From Chloroflexota bacterium (GTDB taxonomy: Bacteria > Chloroflexota > Anaerolineae > 4572-78), in the NCBI GenBank assembly GCA_024278015.1, contig JAJRUC010000320.1, positions 1 through 45,404 on the forward strand: a stretch of DNA of 45,404 nucleotides, read 5' to 3'. Under the pieces are notes generated by a model. The model saw only the letters and a list, made by a program, of their open reading frames with translations, was not told where the DNA came from and did no database searches. Both the position numbers and the translations under genes were made by a program. This document shows, piece after piece, positions 1 to 9,258 of this stretch (position 1 is its first letter; each line of letters starts with the position of its first letter).

Positions 1-553
1 AGGCCACCAAAAACTGGCGCGCGCCGATGGCCGTGGCCCCGGCGGTCCCCATTTTTGCCGGGCCGAAATCGGGGGTGCGGGCCGGGTCGGTGGCGATGGC
101 GTCGCGGATGCCCTCATATTGCCCCTTCCGCACCTTCGCCAGATTTTCCCGTTCCGGGCGGGCGGCGGCTTTTTCATACAGATACACCGGAATGTCCAGT
201 TCATCCCCCACCCGTTGTCCGACGGTTCTGGCAATGGCTACGCAATCGTCCATCGTCACCCCTTTAATGGGGATGAAGGGGCATACATCGGTGGCCCCCA
301 TACGCGGATGCGCCCCGGTGTGTTGGGTCATATCAATCAGGCTGGCGGCTTTGGCAATGGCGGCGAAGGCGGCCTGGCCCACCGTTTCCGGCGGGGCCAC
401 AAATGTGACCACGCTGCGGTTGTGGTCGGCGTCCAGCGAGTAATCCAGCACGGTGGCCCCGGCCACGGCGTTGACGGCCTTGGCAATCTGTTGCACCACC
501 TCCGGGCGGCGGCCTTCGCTAAAGTTGGGCACACATTCAACAATTTTTTGCAT
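1..553 (-). CDS. glutamate formimidoyltransferase (formiminotransferase domain); C-terminal part lies outside the window
   Basis: Absent from the ORF track because it runs off the edge. My minus-strand translation from ATG 553-551 gives MQKIVECVPNFSEGRRPEVVQQIAKAV...GAHPRMGATDVCPFIPIKG, the formiminotransferase N-terminal signature. AAGGAGGA RBS lies 5 nt upstream. Confidence 0.85.
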   Translation of the reverse strand, partial: MQKIVECVPNFSEGRRPEVVQQIAKAVNAVAGATVLDYSLDADHNRSVVTFVAPPETVGQAAFAAIAKAASLIDMTQHTGAHPRMGATDVCPFIPIKGVTMDDCVAIARTVGQRVGDELDIPVYLYEKAAARPERENLAKVRKGQYEGIRDAIATDPARTPDFGPAKMGTAGATAIGARQFLVA

Positions 554-586
554 AACTATCCTCCTTGATGTGAAACGCTGTTTGTT

Positions 587-1066
587 TTATTTGACTGCCA
601 GCACCTGCCCGCCGGTCATCGCCACCAGTTCTGCCGGGGTCAGTTGAAAGAGGGCAAAGGGATTGCCGCCCGCCGCCCAGATGGTTTCGTGTTGCAGCAG
701 GTCTTCATCAATGTAGGTTTCCAGCCGGGTGGCGTGGCCCACCGGCGGCACGCCGCCGATGACAAAGCCGGTGTGCCGGCGCACAAAATTGGCGTCAGGT
801 TTGCCCAGTTTTTCGCCGATGACGGCCCGCATCTTCTTTTCGTTCACTCGATTGCTGCCGCCGGCAATGATCAGCACCGGGCGTTGGGTGCGTTTGGTTT
901 TGAAGACAAGCGATTTGGCAATTTGAGCCACGTCGCAGCCGACAGCCTGAGCCGCTTCAACGGCGGTGCGGGTGCTGTTGGGCAGTTCGATGATGGTGTT
1001 GGCAAATCCCAATTCAATCAGGGTATCTTGCACTTTTTGGGCGCTGGGCTTGAGGGTGGTAGACAT
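587..1066 (-). CDS. YbaK/EbsC-type aminoacyl-tRNA editing (deacylase) domain protein
   Basis: ORF 587..1093. YbaK-like motifs are present (KSLVFK, PVLIIAGGSNRVN, GGVPPVGH). Start moved to ATG 1066 (MSTTLK), which has an AGGAGG RBS 7 nt upstream. Confidence 0.8.
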   Translation of the reverse strand: MSTTLKPSAQKVQDTLIELGFANTIIELPNSTRTAVEAAQAVGCDVAQIAKSLVFKTKRTQRPVLIIAGGSNRVNEKKMRAVIGEKLGKPDANFVRRHTGFVIGGVPPVGHATRLETYIDEDLLQHETIWAAGGNPFALFQLTPAELVAMTGGQVLAVK

Positions 1067-1196
1067 AAATGTGTCCTCCTGGTTATCAGGCAAAATAAAA
1101 TAGTGAATGAATGAAGTATGAACGGTGAATAGTGAAGTTAATTTTCATTTCATCGTTAATCAGGGCAAAATGTGACAATTAATTAATCTCCGGTCA

Positions 1197-1946
1197 TTAA
1201 AGTTTCGTCAAAATAACAGGTCGTCCTTTGGTGATGATGATGGTATGCTCAAAATGGGCGCTCAGGCTGCCGTCGGCGGTGCTGATGGTCCAATCATCTG
1301 CTTCGGTGATAATTTGGCCGTTTCCGGCGGAGACAATCGGCTCAATGGCAATGACCAGCCCTTCTTCAAGGGGCTGCTTCAGACGACGATGGTAAAAATT
1401 GGGGACGGATGGCTCTTCGTGGATGGTGCGGCCCAGACCATGCCCGGTTAAAGGGCGGATGATGGTGAAGCCGCGCCGTTTCACTTCCGTTTCCACGGCG
1501 CGGCCAATGGCGTTCAAGGGCCGATTGGCGCGGGCTACTTGCAGGGCTTTTCGCAATGCCGATTGGGTGGCTTGCAAAAGCTGTTCTGCCACACGAGAAA
1601 CGGGCAGCATGGGTACGGTGATGGCCGCATCGGCGATGTAGCCGTCCAGTTCGGCGGTTACGTCAATGGTCACCAGGTCGCCGGGGTGAATGATACGCTC
1701 GCCCGGCACGCCGTGAACCACTTCTTCGCTGACGCTGATGCAGGTTGTGCCGGGGAAATTGTACACCAGCCGGGGGGCAGAGCGCGCGCCGTGGCGGGCC
1801 AAAAACCGGGCGCCGATGTCGTCCAGCTCAAGGGTGGTCATGCCCGGTTGCAGGTTTTGCCGCATTTCTTCAATGGTCAGGGCCACAACCCGGCCTGCTT
1901 GTTCCAGATATTCGATGTTTTGCGGGGTGGCAATGGTCACGCTCAA
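1197..1946 (-). CDS. map: type I methionine aminopeptidase
   Basis: 249 aa. The conserved metal-ligand context of MetAP is present (HGVPG, DVTAELDGYIADAA, GHGLGRTIHEEP, AIEP, FEHT). Confidence 0.95.
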   Translation of the reverse strand: MSVTIATPQNIEYLEQAGRVVALTIEEMRQNLQPGMTTLELDDIGARFLARHGARSAPRLVYNFPGTTCISVSEEVVHGVPGERIIHPGDLVTIDVTAELDGYIADAAITVPMLPVSRVAEQLLQATQSALRKALQVARANRPLNAIGRAVETEVKRRGFTIIRPLTGHGLGRTIHEEPSVPNFYHRRLKQPLEEGLVIAIEPIVSAGNGQIITEADDWTISTADGSLSAHFEHTIIITKGRPVILTKL

Positions 1947-1980
1947 GTCCTTTTGATGAGGCGGCTTGTTGAAACCGGAT

Positions 1981-3315
1981 TTACAGAATCGGTATATTGA
2001 CCGTAGCGATGATGGATTGTATCAACGCCAGCACAGGCCGTGGAAACAGGCCAATGCCCAGGCAGAGCGTCACCAGCGCCGGCGTTACTACCTGGGGCCG
2101 CAGGTGGCGGCGTGGGGCCGGTTTGTTGGGCAAGGGTTCAACCAGCGCCCGCAGCCCCCGCAAATAACCGATGGTTATGCCCAAACTGCCCAACAGCAGG
2201 ATGACGGCCCAGCGCGGGTCAAGGGCGGCCAGGGGGCGCAGCAGCAGCCATCTGGAGACAAAGCCGGCGGTGAACGGCGCCCCCGCCAGGGTGGCCGCGC
2301 CCACCATCAGGCCCAGGGCCGTCAGCGGATGTTGGCGGGCCAGACCTGACGCCTGCTTAAAAGTGGTTCCGCCGGTTAAGGTTTGGATGGAAGCCGTGTT
2401 GACGCCGATGAGTACCAGGCCAATGGTGCGGTTGACCAGGCCCAGCAGTATCAGGGTGATACCCGCCTGAGACCCCAGGCCCAATGCCAGCAAAATACCG
2501 CCGATGTCGAACAGGGCGGTATAGCCCATCAGCGCGTCGAAGCGGGTTTGGACGCTTGCAAAAAAGCCGCCGGCCACCACGCTTAACAGGCCGAACATTA
2601 CAATAATTTGCCGGGCGTTGGGAGTGTCCAGCAGCCAGGGGGCCTGGGCCAGATATTGCAACAGAATTAATACAGCCGTGGCCGGGAAGGCAACCAGGAT
2701 AAAGGCCGTTACCCCCGGAGAGGCTTCGGTGGCAATGGCGGTACTCCAGCCGTGAACCGGAAACACCCCCAGCCACAAGCCGAATCCGCCCCCCACCAGC
2801 AGGCCAAGCTGGGCCAGAAAGAGGGGGTCGCGCAGCCGGTCCCGATACAATTCGCTGTAGCGGGCGGCCGGCAAAAACAGGGGCAACGCCAGAGTCATCA
2901 TCACCAAAAAGCGCAATCCCCCCCGCACCGAACCGGGCCGCCCGGCCTGAATGATGAACACGGCCAACAAGGCGGCTATTTCAACCAGCATGGCGCTGAT
3001 GCCCAGGTGTTTGGTGGCCCCGGCCAGCATTAATACCAGCAAAATAACCAGGCCAAACGGATAAAACGACCATCCCTGCGAAATTGAGGTGGCCGACACA
3101 AACAGCACAGCCGTAATGGAAAGCAACAGTACGGCGTTAAAAACCCATAGTTGAGAAAATATCAAAGGCCGCCCCAACAAATATACGGTTTCCGGTTGGG
3201 GCAGTTGGGCCGTTAACCAGGCGGTGCCTCCGGCGGCCAGCACGGCCAGCCGGCCGCCCATTGTCCGTCGCCGAAGAGCATAAACAACCGGAATAAGCAG
3301 CATGGGGGTGAACAT
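1981..3315 (-). CDS. polytopic membrane protein, divergent NuoN/MrpD-like proton-antiporter family
   Basis: ORF 1981..3432, with about 12-14 hydrophobic segments. LAGAPFTAGFVSRW resembles the NuoN/NuoM C-terminal motif. Start moved to ATG 3315 (MFTPMLL) to remove an 85-nt overlap with the upstream gene. Confidence 0.5.
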   Translation of the reverse strand: MFTPMLLIPVVYALRRRTMGGRLAVLAAGGTAWLTAQLPQPETVYLLGRPLIFSQLWVFNAVLLLSITAVLFVSATSISQGWSFYPFGLVILLVLMLAGATKHLGISAMLVEIAALLAVFIIQAGRPGSVRGGLRFLVMMTLALPLFLPAARYSELYRDRLRDPLFLAQLGLLVGGGFGLWLGVFPVHGWSTAIATEASPGVTAFILVAFPATAVLILLQYLAQAPWLLDTPNARQIIVMFGLLSVVAGGFFASVQTRFDALMGYTALFDIGGILLALGLGSQAGITLILLGLVNRTIGLVLIGVNTASIQTLTGGTTFKQASGLARQHPLTALGLMVGAATLAGAPFTAGFVSRWLLLRPLAALDPRWAVILLLGSLGITIGYLRGLRALVEPLPNKPAPRRHLRPQVVTPALVTLCLGIGLFPRPVLALIQSIIATVNIPIL

Positions 3316-3347
3316 TGCCCACCAGCCGGAAAAGAGAGACGGTAAAT

Positions 3348-4025
3348 TCAAAAATTTTCCTCCGGATTCACGCCGCGCACGGCGGCCAGATAGCCTGCCG
3401 CCAGCGTTATCATTAAATTGATAACGGCCCACAAGCCGGCCATCAACAGACTCCCTTCCAGGGTGATGAACCAGATTTCAAAGCCGGTGATGAAAGTCAA
3501 CAGGCCCTGCCCCACTTTTAGCGGGTGGCCGGTAAAAAGCAACACCAGCAGGCCGATGATCATCAGCCAATACACCGAGAGCGTCACCGTATGGGGCAGG
3601 TGGCCCAGCGGGTACGATTGCGCCAGCGAAACCGCCGTGACGCCGGCCAGCAGCATGGTCATCAGCCGAAAAGCGCGTCCGGGGGGAAAGATGTTGCCGC
3701 TGTTGGGAGTAGTGGTCAGCAAAGTGCGCAGGCCGTGAGTAGCAAAGGTTAATCGCTGCCGCCAGCCCGCCTGCCGGGCCGAAAGATACAGCATCAGGCC
3801 GATGAACAGCCCCACCAGCACTTTGGCATAGCCGATTTCCGGGCGCAACAGCCGGCCCACCACCAGCCCCATCGTCAGGTATTGCCCGGTCAGCAAGCCC
3901 ACCGAAAGCCGCCAGTCTTCTATCAGGAACAGCAAGCCGCCGGTTACAAAAAACAGCAGGGTGGCCGCTTCCAGCGGCAGCCGGCCTGTCAGGTTGAAGA
4001 GCGCGTTTATCGTTAAATCGGTCAC
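3348..4025 (-). CDS. small polytopic membrane protein of unknown function (in a HyfE/NuoK-like position between two antiporter-like subunits)
   Basis: 225 aa with about 6-7 TM segments. GTG start overlaps the stop of the upstream gene (GTGA at 4022-4025), indicating translational coupling. Confidence 0.5.
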   Translation of the reverse strand: MTDLTINALFNLTGRLPLEAATLLFFVTGGLLFLIEDWRLSVGLLTGQYLTMGLVVGRLLRPEIGYAKVLVGLFIGLMLYLSARQAGWRQRLTFATHGLRTLLTTTPNSGNIFPPGRAFRLMTMLLAGVTAVSLAQSYPLGHLPHTVTLSVYWLMIIGLLVLLFTGHPLKVGQGLLTFITGFEIWFITLEGSLLMAGLWAVINLMITLAAGYLAAVRGVNPEENF

Positions 4026-5599
4026 TGTAAAATTACCATCACAACACTGACCAGGGTGATAAAAATAGCCCAGGCCAGATAAGCGGTTCCTTCAAAAATG
4101 GCCTTGACGCGCAAAACACCACGCCCGGCTATATCTCCGCTGCGCCGAAGGTGCGGCCACAACCAGTCCAGACTAAATATAGTCTCCAGCGCGGCTACAT
4201 CCAAATCCGGTTGATGCAGCAGCGTTTTGCGGGCGTAACCCAGCCCGACAGCTATCAACCATACCGGGAGCAGGTAGGTGAGGGTGCCGGTCATGGTCGA
4301 TGCGCCGGCAGGCGAGAGCGTCAATCCGGTGATGATATTGAAGATGATGCCGGCCACACCGGGCAGCAAAAACGGGATAGTCAGGGTTAAGGCCGTCAGC
4401 AGGGTGGTTTCTGTTTTATCGTGGCCGGTCAACAGGCCTTGCCAGTATTGATACAAAACCGAAAAGCCGATGCCCAGGGCCAAAATGACGATAGCCGGCC
4501 ATGGTTGGGGGCCGGTGCTTAAGCGTTGAAACAGGGCTTGAAACGCCACCCAGCCGAAGGTGAACGGCATACCGGCCAGAGAAAGCGTTGCCAGAATGGG
4601 GGCCGTGTAAATCCACAACCAGTGCCGTTCTGCCAGGGAGGGCCGGCCCACGCGCGGCGTAATCCACAAAGCGCCCAGCGCCAGCGAGTAGCCCAGCGTC
4701 AGGGTGATGGCCGCCCGCGCCGAAAGGGGCGTCATCAGCAGGGCCAGGGCGGGTTGCAGTAAAATCAGCCGCAATAATTTGCGCCGCATACCTTCTTTGG
4801 CGGGGGAATGTAGCCAGGCCAACAGGGCGTTCAGTAGCAAGATGCCCCCCGTCAGCCATTGGATGAACGGCAGCGCGGGGGCGGTCAAAAACCGGGCGGC
4901 GGTAAAAATACCCACCGCCGCGCTGACTGCCGTCCAGAACATGCCATCGCCGGCAGAAAGTTCGCTTTGGGGCAGGCGAGCAACTTCAATGAAGGGCAGC
5001 AAGGCCAGACGACCCCACAGGGCGGCGGCCAAAAACGCGCCGCTCATCGCTGTGGCAGCAGGCAAACCGGCCAGCATCAGGGCCATTGTGGTAAAAACCG
5101 AAAGGAGCAAACGGGCCACAGCCAGATTCAGCCGGTTGTGTTTGAGCCAGTACAGCGCGCCGGCCATATCGAATAACAGCAGCCCCAGACTAAAGCTCAA
5201 GCCATTGGCCGCCACAAAAACCACAGCCGCCGCGCCCGCCGGCCAAAGCATCGCTGCCGGGTTGTTGACCTGCCGAATCCAGAACAGGGCCAGCAGCAAC
5301 AGCGTGGGCAGCAGTAAAAAAGCCAGGCTCATGCCGTCCAGCCGAATAGTCATGCCGTCACCCGTGCCCCACGACGAAAAAACCGTCGGCGCGGCGAAGA
5401 AGGGGGTGGTCAACCGGAGGGCAATGCGCCGGGCCAGCGCAAAAAAAACGGCAGCCACCAGCGCAAAATTAAAATACGTAGTCGCTTGCCGGTATTGAGA
5501 AGACACCTTCGGAAAATATCGGGACAATATGGTGATGATTGCCGCGTTAGCCCCAAAAATCAGGGCCGGGGTCAGCGGATAAAGCCGGACATCGTTCAT
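4022..5599 (-). CDS. polytopic membrane protein, divergent NuoL/NuoM/MrpA-like proton-antiporter family
   Basis: 525 aa with more than 12 TM segments. TIRLDGMSLAFLLLPTLLLL matches the DGLS motif region typical of the NuoL/M/N N-terminal domain. Confidence 0.5.
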   Translation of the reverse strand: MNDVRLYPLTPALIFGANAAIITILSRYFPKVSSQYRQATTYFNFALVAAVFFALARRIALRLTTPFFAAPTVFSSWGTGDGMTIRLDGMSLAFLLLPTLLLLALFWIRQVNNPAAMLWPAGAAAVVFVAANGLSFSLGLLLFDMAGALYWLKHNRLNLAVARLLLSVFTTMALMLAGLPAATAMSGAFLAAALWGRLALLPFIEVARLPQSELSAGDGMFWTAVSAAVGIFTAARFLTAPALPFIQWLTGGILLLNALLAWLHSPAKEGMRRKLLRLILLQPALALLMTPLSARAAITLTLGYSLALGALWITPRVGRPSLAERHWLWIYTAPILATLSLAGMPFTFGWVAFQALFQRLSTGPQPWPAIVILALGIGFSVLYQYWQGLLTGHDKTETTLLTALTLTIPFLLPGVAGIIFNIITGLTLSPAGASTMTGTLTYLLPVWLIAVGLGYARKTLLHQPDLDVAALETIFSLDWLWPHLRRSGDIAGRGVLRVKAIFEGTAYLAWAIFITLVSVVMVILQ

Positions 5600-5677
5600 A
5601 AGGATGCTATTTTAACACAAAGCAAGGTGTAGACACAAACCCCGGCAATTAAAAATTCGGGTGGTGGTAATTTTTAA

Positions 5678-5780
5678 CTGATGGGACAAATTGTCTTTCC
5701 CCCTCTCCCCGCTGGGGAGAGGGAATTTTTCTCCCTCCCCTTTTAGGGGGAGGGTCGGGGAGGGGGTTTTCGTCCATCAG
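5678..5780. repeat. C-tract/G-tract nested-palindrome intergenic repeat, copy 1
   Basis: Outer inverted repeat (IR) CTGATGGGAC / GTCCATCAG encloses two hairpins: CCCTCTCCCC-GCT-GGGGAGAGGG and CCCTCCCC-TTTTA-GGGGGAGGG. The same module types recur at 6 other sites in the window. Confidence 0.7.
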
Positions 5781-6041
5781 TCAATCCTGGCCACTACCAA
5801 AATTCGAAGGGCAAAGGGAAAGGGCAAACGTAGTGGCGCTGCGCGCTGCGCCGGGCACCTGTTGCTGAATAGCGGCTTTCGAGCTATGATTACGGCGTGA
5901 AACCCGAAATAAAGGGCAACTATACAGGGCACATCCCCCTCGCAAGGAAGGGGGCAGGGTGAAATTGCAGTCAGACAAAAATATTTGGTTCAAAACAAAA
6001 CCAGTGGTTGTATAGATACAATAAAGGACGGTACTCCATTG

Positions 6042-6569
6042 ATGATAACCATTGCTGTCGGCTCAAAAAATCCGGTGAAACTGGCCGCCGCCCAGGCGAT
6101 ACTCAGCCGGGCGTTTCCTGCAATTGACTGGGTGGCCGTAACCGTGTCCAGTGGCGTATCCGAGCAACCCTGGGGCGATGACGAAACGCGCCGGGGCGCG
6201 GAAAACCGGGCGCGGGCGGCGCAACATGCCGGCGCCGCCGATTTTGGCGTGGGGCTGGAAGGCGGAGTCAAGGAAACGCCCTGCGGGGTGATGACCTGCG
6301 CCTGGTGCGCCATTGTCGATGCGCGGGGACGGGTTGGTTTTGGCGGCGGGTTGAATATGCTGCTCCCTCCGGCGGTGGCCGATGCGTTGCGGCAGGGCGG
6401 GGAACTTGGCCCGGCTATGGATGCCCTCTCCAGGATGCGCAACACCAAACACAGGCAGGGGGCCATCGGCATTTTGACGGGCGGGCTTTCCAGCCGGCAA
6501 GCGGCCTACGAGCAATTGGTGGCTATGGCCGCCGCGCCCTTCGTTTCGACGTATTATCCCCGCAATTGA
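6042..6569 (+). CDS. yjjX: inosine/xanthosine triphosphatase (YjjX/DUF84 NTPase family)
   Basis: ORF 5985..6569. MITIAVGSKNPVKLAAA...VSEQPWGDDET..GAENRA is typical of YjjX. Start set at ATG 6042. Confidence 0.8.
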   Translation: MITIAVGSKNPVKLAAAQAILSRAFPAIDWVAVTVSSGVSEQPWGDDETRRGAENRARAAQHAGAADFGVGLEGGVKETPCGVMTCAWCAIVDARGRVGFGGGLNMLLPPAVADALRQGGELGPAMDALSRMRNTKHRQGAIGILTGGLSSRQAAYEQLVAMAAAPFVSTYYPRN

Positions 6570-7771
6570 ATAACGCCCGCTTCTGCCCATTCTGCCAATT
6601 GCTCTGCGGAATATCCCAGCAGGTCTTGCAGCACGGCGGCTGTATCCTGCCCCAGGTTGGGGGCGGGGTTGGCGGGCAGTTCCGGCGCATCGGAAAGGTG
6701 GATGGGGGTGCGGGCAAACCGGAAGTCCCCTACATCGGGGTCCGGCACGGTCAGCAGCATGTGGCGGGCGGCCACTTGCGGGTCGGCAAACACATCTTCG
6801 GCGCGATAAACGGGGCCGGTGGGCACGCCCACTTCGTTCAGGCGGGTCACCGCTTCCTCGCGGGTGAGCGCGGCCAGCCAGCCTTCGATAATCGGCTGTA
6901 AAAATGGGCTGTTGGCGGCGCGCGCCGTGCCGCTGTTGCTGCGCGGGTCGTCCGTTAAATCTTCGCGGCCCATAGCCCGGCACAGTCGCTGCCAAATCAG
7001 GTCATTGGGCACATTCAGGGCGATGTAACCGTCTTTGGTTTTGAAGGCCCCGCGCGGATACAGGTTTTTCAGCAGGCCGCGCCGGGGAGACTGTCCGGCT
7101 GTCGAAAAGAGCGTCACCATCCGCTCATTAAGGGCCAGCATATTATCGAACATGGCTGAATCGACAAACTGCCCCTGCCCGGTGCGCTCTCGCATAAACA
7201 GGGCCAGCATCACCCCGTAGGCTGTCACCATGCCGGAATAGACATCGGCCATGCCGTAAATTGTCCACGAGGGGGGTTTATCGGCGAAGCCCACCTGGTG
7301 CATCACCCCGCTCATGGCTTCAGCCACAATGTCGAAGGCCGGGCGATTGCTGTACGGCCCCTGATAACCGGGCAATCGTCCAAAGCCGGAGATGGCGGCG
7401 TAAACCAGTTTCGGGTTGAGGGTTTTCAAGGCTTCGTAGCCCAGCCCCATTTTATCCATTGAACCGGGGCGCAGGTTCTCTACCACCACATCGGCTTTGG
7501 CTGCCAGTTGTTTGTAAATTTCCTGCCCCTGCGGAGACCGCAAATTCAGCGATACGCTTTTTTTGTTGCGGTTGTACGATAAAAATCCGCCGGCTTTCTT
7601 TTTGCCGTCCTTTTCCACAAAGGGCGGAATGGCCCGGCGGGGGTCGCCTGTGCCGGGGCGTTCAATTTTGATTACTTCCGCGCCCGCGTCTGCCAGCAAC
7701 ATGGTGCAGTAGGGGGCGCTCATATACTGTTCCATACCGATTACGCGGATGCCGGAAAGGGGTCTGCGCAT
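6554..7771 (-). CDS. family III CoA-transferase (CaiB/BaiF family)
   Basis: 405 aa. N-terminus LSGIRVIGMEQYMSAPYCTMLLADAGAEVIKIERPGTGDPRR is the family hallmark. Its 3' end overlaps yjjX convergently by 16 nt. Confidence 0.9.
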   Translation of the reverse strand: MRRPLSGIRVIGMEQYMSAPYCTMLLADAGAEVIKIERPGTGDPRRAIPPFVEKDGKKKAGGFLSYNRNKKSVSLNLRSPQGQEIYKQLAAKADVVVENLRPGSMDKMGLGYEALKTLNPKLVYAAISGFGRLPGYQGPYSNRPAFDIVAEAMSGVMHQVGFADKPPSWTIYGMADVYSGMVTAYGVMLALFMRERTGQGQFVDSAMFDNMLALNERMVTLFSTAGQSPRRGLLKNLYPRGAFKTKDGYIALNVPNDLIWQRLCRAMGREDLTDDPRSNSGTARAANSPFLQPIIEGWLAALTREEAVTRLNEVGVPTGPVYRAEDVFADPQVAARHMLLTVPDPDVGDFRFARTPIHLSDAPELPANPAPNLGQDTAAVLQDLLGYSAEQLAEWAEAGVIQLRG

Positions 7772-7813
7772 AATTTTCCTCGTTTCATACCTGTTTTCAG
7801 CAAAAAGAGAGTG

Positions 7814-9058
7814 TCAATCCAGCCATTCGATGAGGGTAGATACGCCCATACCCACGCCCACGCACAGGGTTGCCAGCCCGTAATACGGCCTGCCTGCTTG
7901 CGGGGCGCGGCGTTTCATCTCGTGCAGCAGGGTGGTTAAAATCCGCGCCCCCGATGCGCCCGTCGGATGCCCCAGGGCTACAGCGCCGCCGTTGACGTTG
8001 GTGTTGGCGTAACTTAACCCCAGGCGGCGCATAACGCCGAGCGTCTGCGCGGCGAAGGCTTCGTTCAACTCAATCAGGCCCAGGTCATCGATGGTCAGGC
8101 CCAGTCGTTTGAGCAGTTTTTGGGTGGCGGGTACCGGGCCGTAGCCCATTACGCCGGGGTCTACCCCCGCCGCTGCCGAACCGAGCCAGCGGGCCAGCGG
8201 TTTAAGGCCCAGGTCGGCGGCCTTTTTGCGGCTCATCAGCAGCACCGCCGCCGCGCCGTCATTAATGCCGCTGGAGTTTCCGGCCGTGACCGTACCCCCT
8301 TTGCGAAAAGCGGGCGAAAGTTTAGCCAGTTTTTCCATACTGGTTGCCAGTTTGTATTTCCCGTTTTCGATGGTGTAGCGCGGGTGTTCGTCGGTGTCTA
8401 CAATTTGGGGGCCGCCCTTGCGCCGGGGCACGGTTACGGGCGCAATTTCGTCTTTGAAGCGCCCGGCGTTAATGGCCTCTACCGCCCGGCGATGGCTTTC
8501 CAGGGCCAGCGCGTCCTGGTCTTCCCGGCTGATGTTCATCTCTGCGGCAATATTTTCTGCCGTTACTCCCAAACTGACAATCGGATGCAGCGCCTCCATT
8601 TTGGGATTGTTGTACCGCCAGCCGACGGTGGTATCCCACACCTGCGGGGCTTTGAAGGTGGGGGTGCGCGCCGGTTTGGGCATACTCCACGGGGCGCGGC
8701 TCATCGATTCAACGCCGCTGCCGATGTAGACGTCCCCTTCTCCGGCCATGATGGATTTGGCCGCCAGATTCACCGCTTCCAGCCCGGATGAGCAGTTGCG
8801 ATTAACGGTGAGGCCCGGCACTTCTACCGGAAAACCGGCCAGCAGCACCGCCATACGAGCCACGTCGCGGTTATCTTCCCCGGCCTGATTACCGCACCCG
8901 GCGTACACGTCGTCCAGCAGGGCGGGGTCCACGCCGGTCCGTTCCATCAGCGCCTTGTAGGTGTACGAGAGCAAATCGTCCGGCCGCACAGCGGACAGCC
9001 CGCCGCCGTACCGGCCAATCGGCGAGCGCACGGCATCAATGATGACTACTTCTTGCAT
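7814..9058 (-). CDS. acetyl-CoA acetyltransferase / thiolase
   Basis: Thiolase motifs are present: [10 protein letters not shown] (active Cys), [24 protein letters not shown]. Start set at ATG 9058 ([15 protein letters not shown]) with an AAAGGAGG RBS. Confidence 0.9.
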   Translation of the reverse strand: MQEVVIIDAVRSPIGRYGGGLSAVRPDDLLSYTYKALMERTGVDPALLDDVYAGCGNQAGEDNRDVARMAVLLAGFPVEVPGLTVNRNCSSGLEAVNLAAKSIMAGEGDVYIGSGVESMSRAPWSMPKPARTPTFKAPQVWDTTVGWRYNNPKMEALHPIVSLGVTAENIAAEMNISREDQDALALESHRRAVEAINAGRFKDEIAPVTVPRRKGGPQIVDTDEHPRYTIENGKYKLATSMEKLAKLSPAFRKGGTVTAGNSSGINDGAAAVLLMSRKKAADLGLKPLARWLGSAAAGVDPGVMGYGPVPATQKLLKRLGLTIDDLGLIELNEAFAAQTLGVMRRLGLSYANTNVNGGAVALGHPTGASGARILTTLLHEMKRRAPQAGRPYYGLATLCVGVGMGVSTLIEWLD

Positions 9059-9084
9059 AAAACATTGCCTCCTTTGAAAATAAT

Positions 9085-9149
9085 CCCCTCCCCCACCCTC
9101 CCCCGACATCGGGGGACGCGAAGCGGTCGCGCCGGCGACGGGTGGGGGC
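9085..9149. repeat. C-tract/G-tract nested-palindrome intergenic repeat, copy 2
   Basis: Outer stem CCCCACCC (9091-9098) / GGGTGGGG (9140-9147) and inner hairpin CCCCC-GACATC-GGGGG. The string CCCCCGACATCGGGGGACGCGAAGCGG is near-identical to 41982-42006. Confidence 0.65.
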
Positions 9150-9258
9150 AGACCAAATTTTCATTCTCGTTGTCGTCCCGCCAGAGACTGTCTGACTCCC
9201 TTGAAAACAGGCTTCGGGTTTTGGGCAAGGTCCAAAATTCAAAATTCAAAATTGACCA

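Noticed and set aside
5691-5900. Small ORFs translating the G/C-tract repeats (also 9053-9418, 14689-15041, 34974-35178, 38815-39060)
   Set aside because: Their sequences (PLSPLGRGNFSPSPFRGRVGEG and similar) are just translations of palindromic repeat DNA and can be read on both strands. They have no RBS, and their boundaries track the repeat rather than a gene.
6554-6569. 16-nt convergent overlap of yjjX and the CoA-transferase as something unusual
   Set aside because: Short 3'-3' overlaps are common in compact genomes. Both ORFs end at plausible family lengths, so nothing further is claimed.
6063-6995. 310-aa minus-strand ORF spanning yjjX and the CoA-transferase 3' end
   Set aside because: It is extremely Arg/Pro/Gly-rich, has no RBS, and fully overlaps two well-supported genes in other frames. 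This is typical of spurious ORFs in GC-rich DNA. The same reasoning applies to most other overlapping ORFs in the track (for example 8120-8791, 16729-17328, 22335-22985, 26946-27815, 42794-43423).
9059-9109. Longer thiolase start ([17 protein letters not shown]...)
   Set aside because: The extension runs into the G/C-tract repeat. The internal ATG 9058 gives the canonical [15 protein letters not shown] thiolase N-terminus with a strong RBS.
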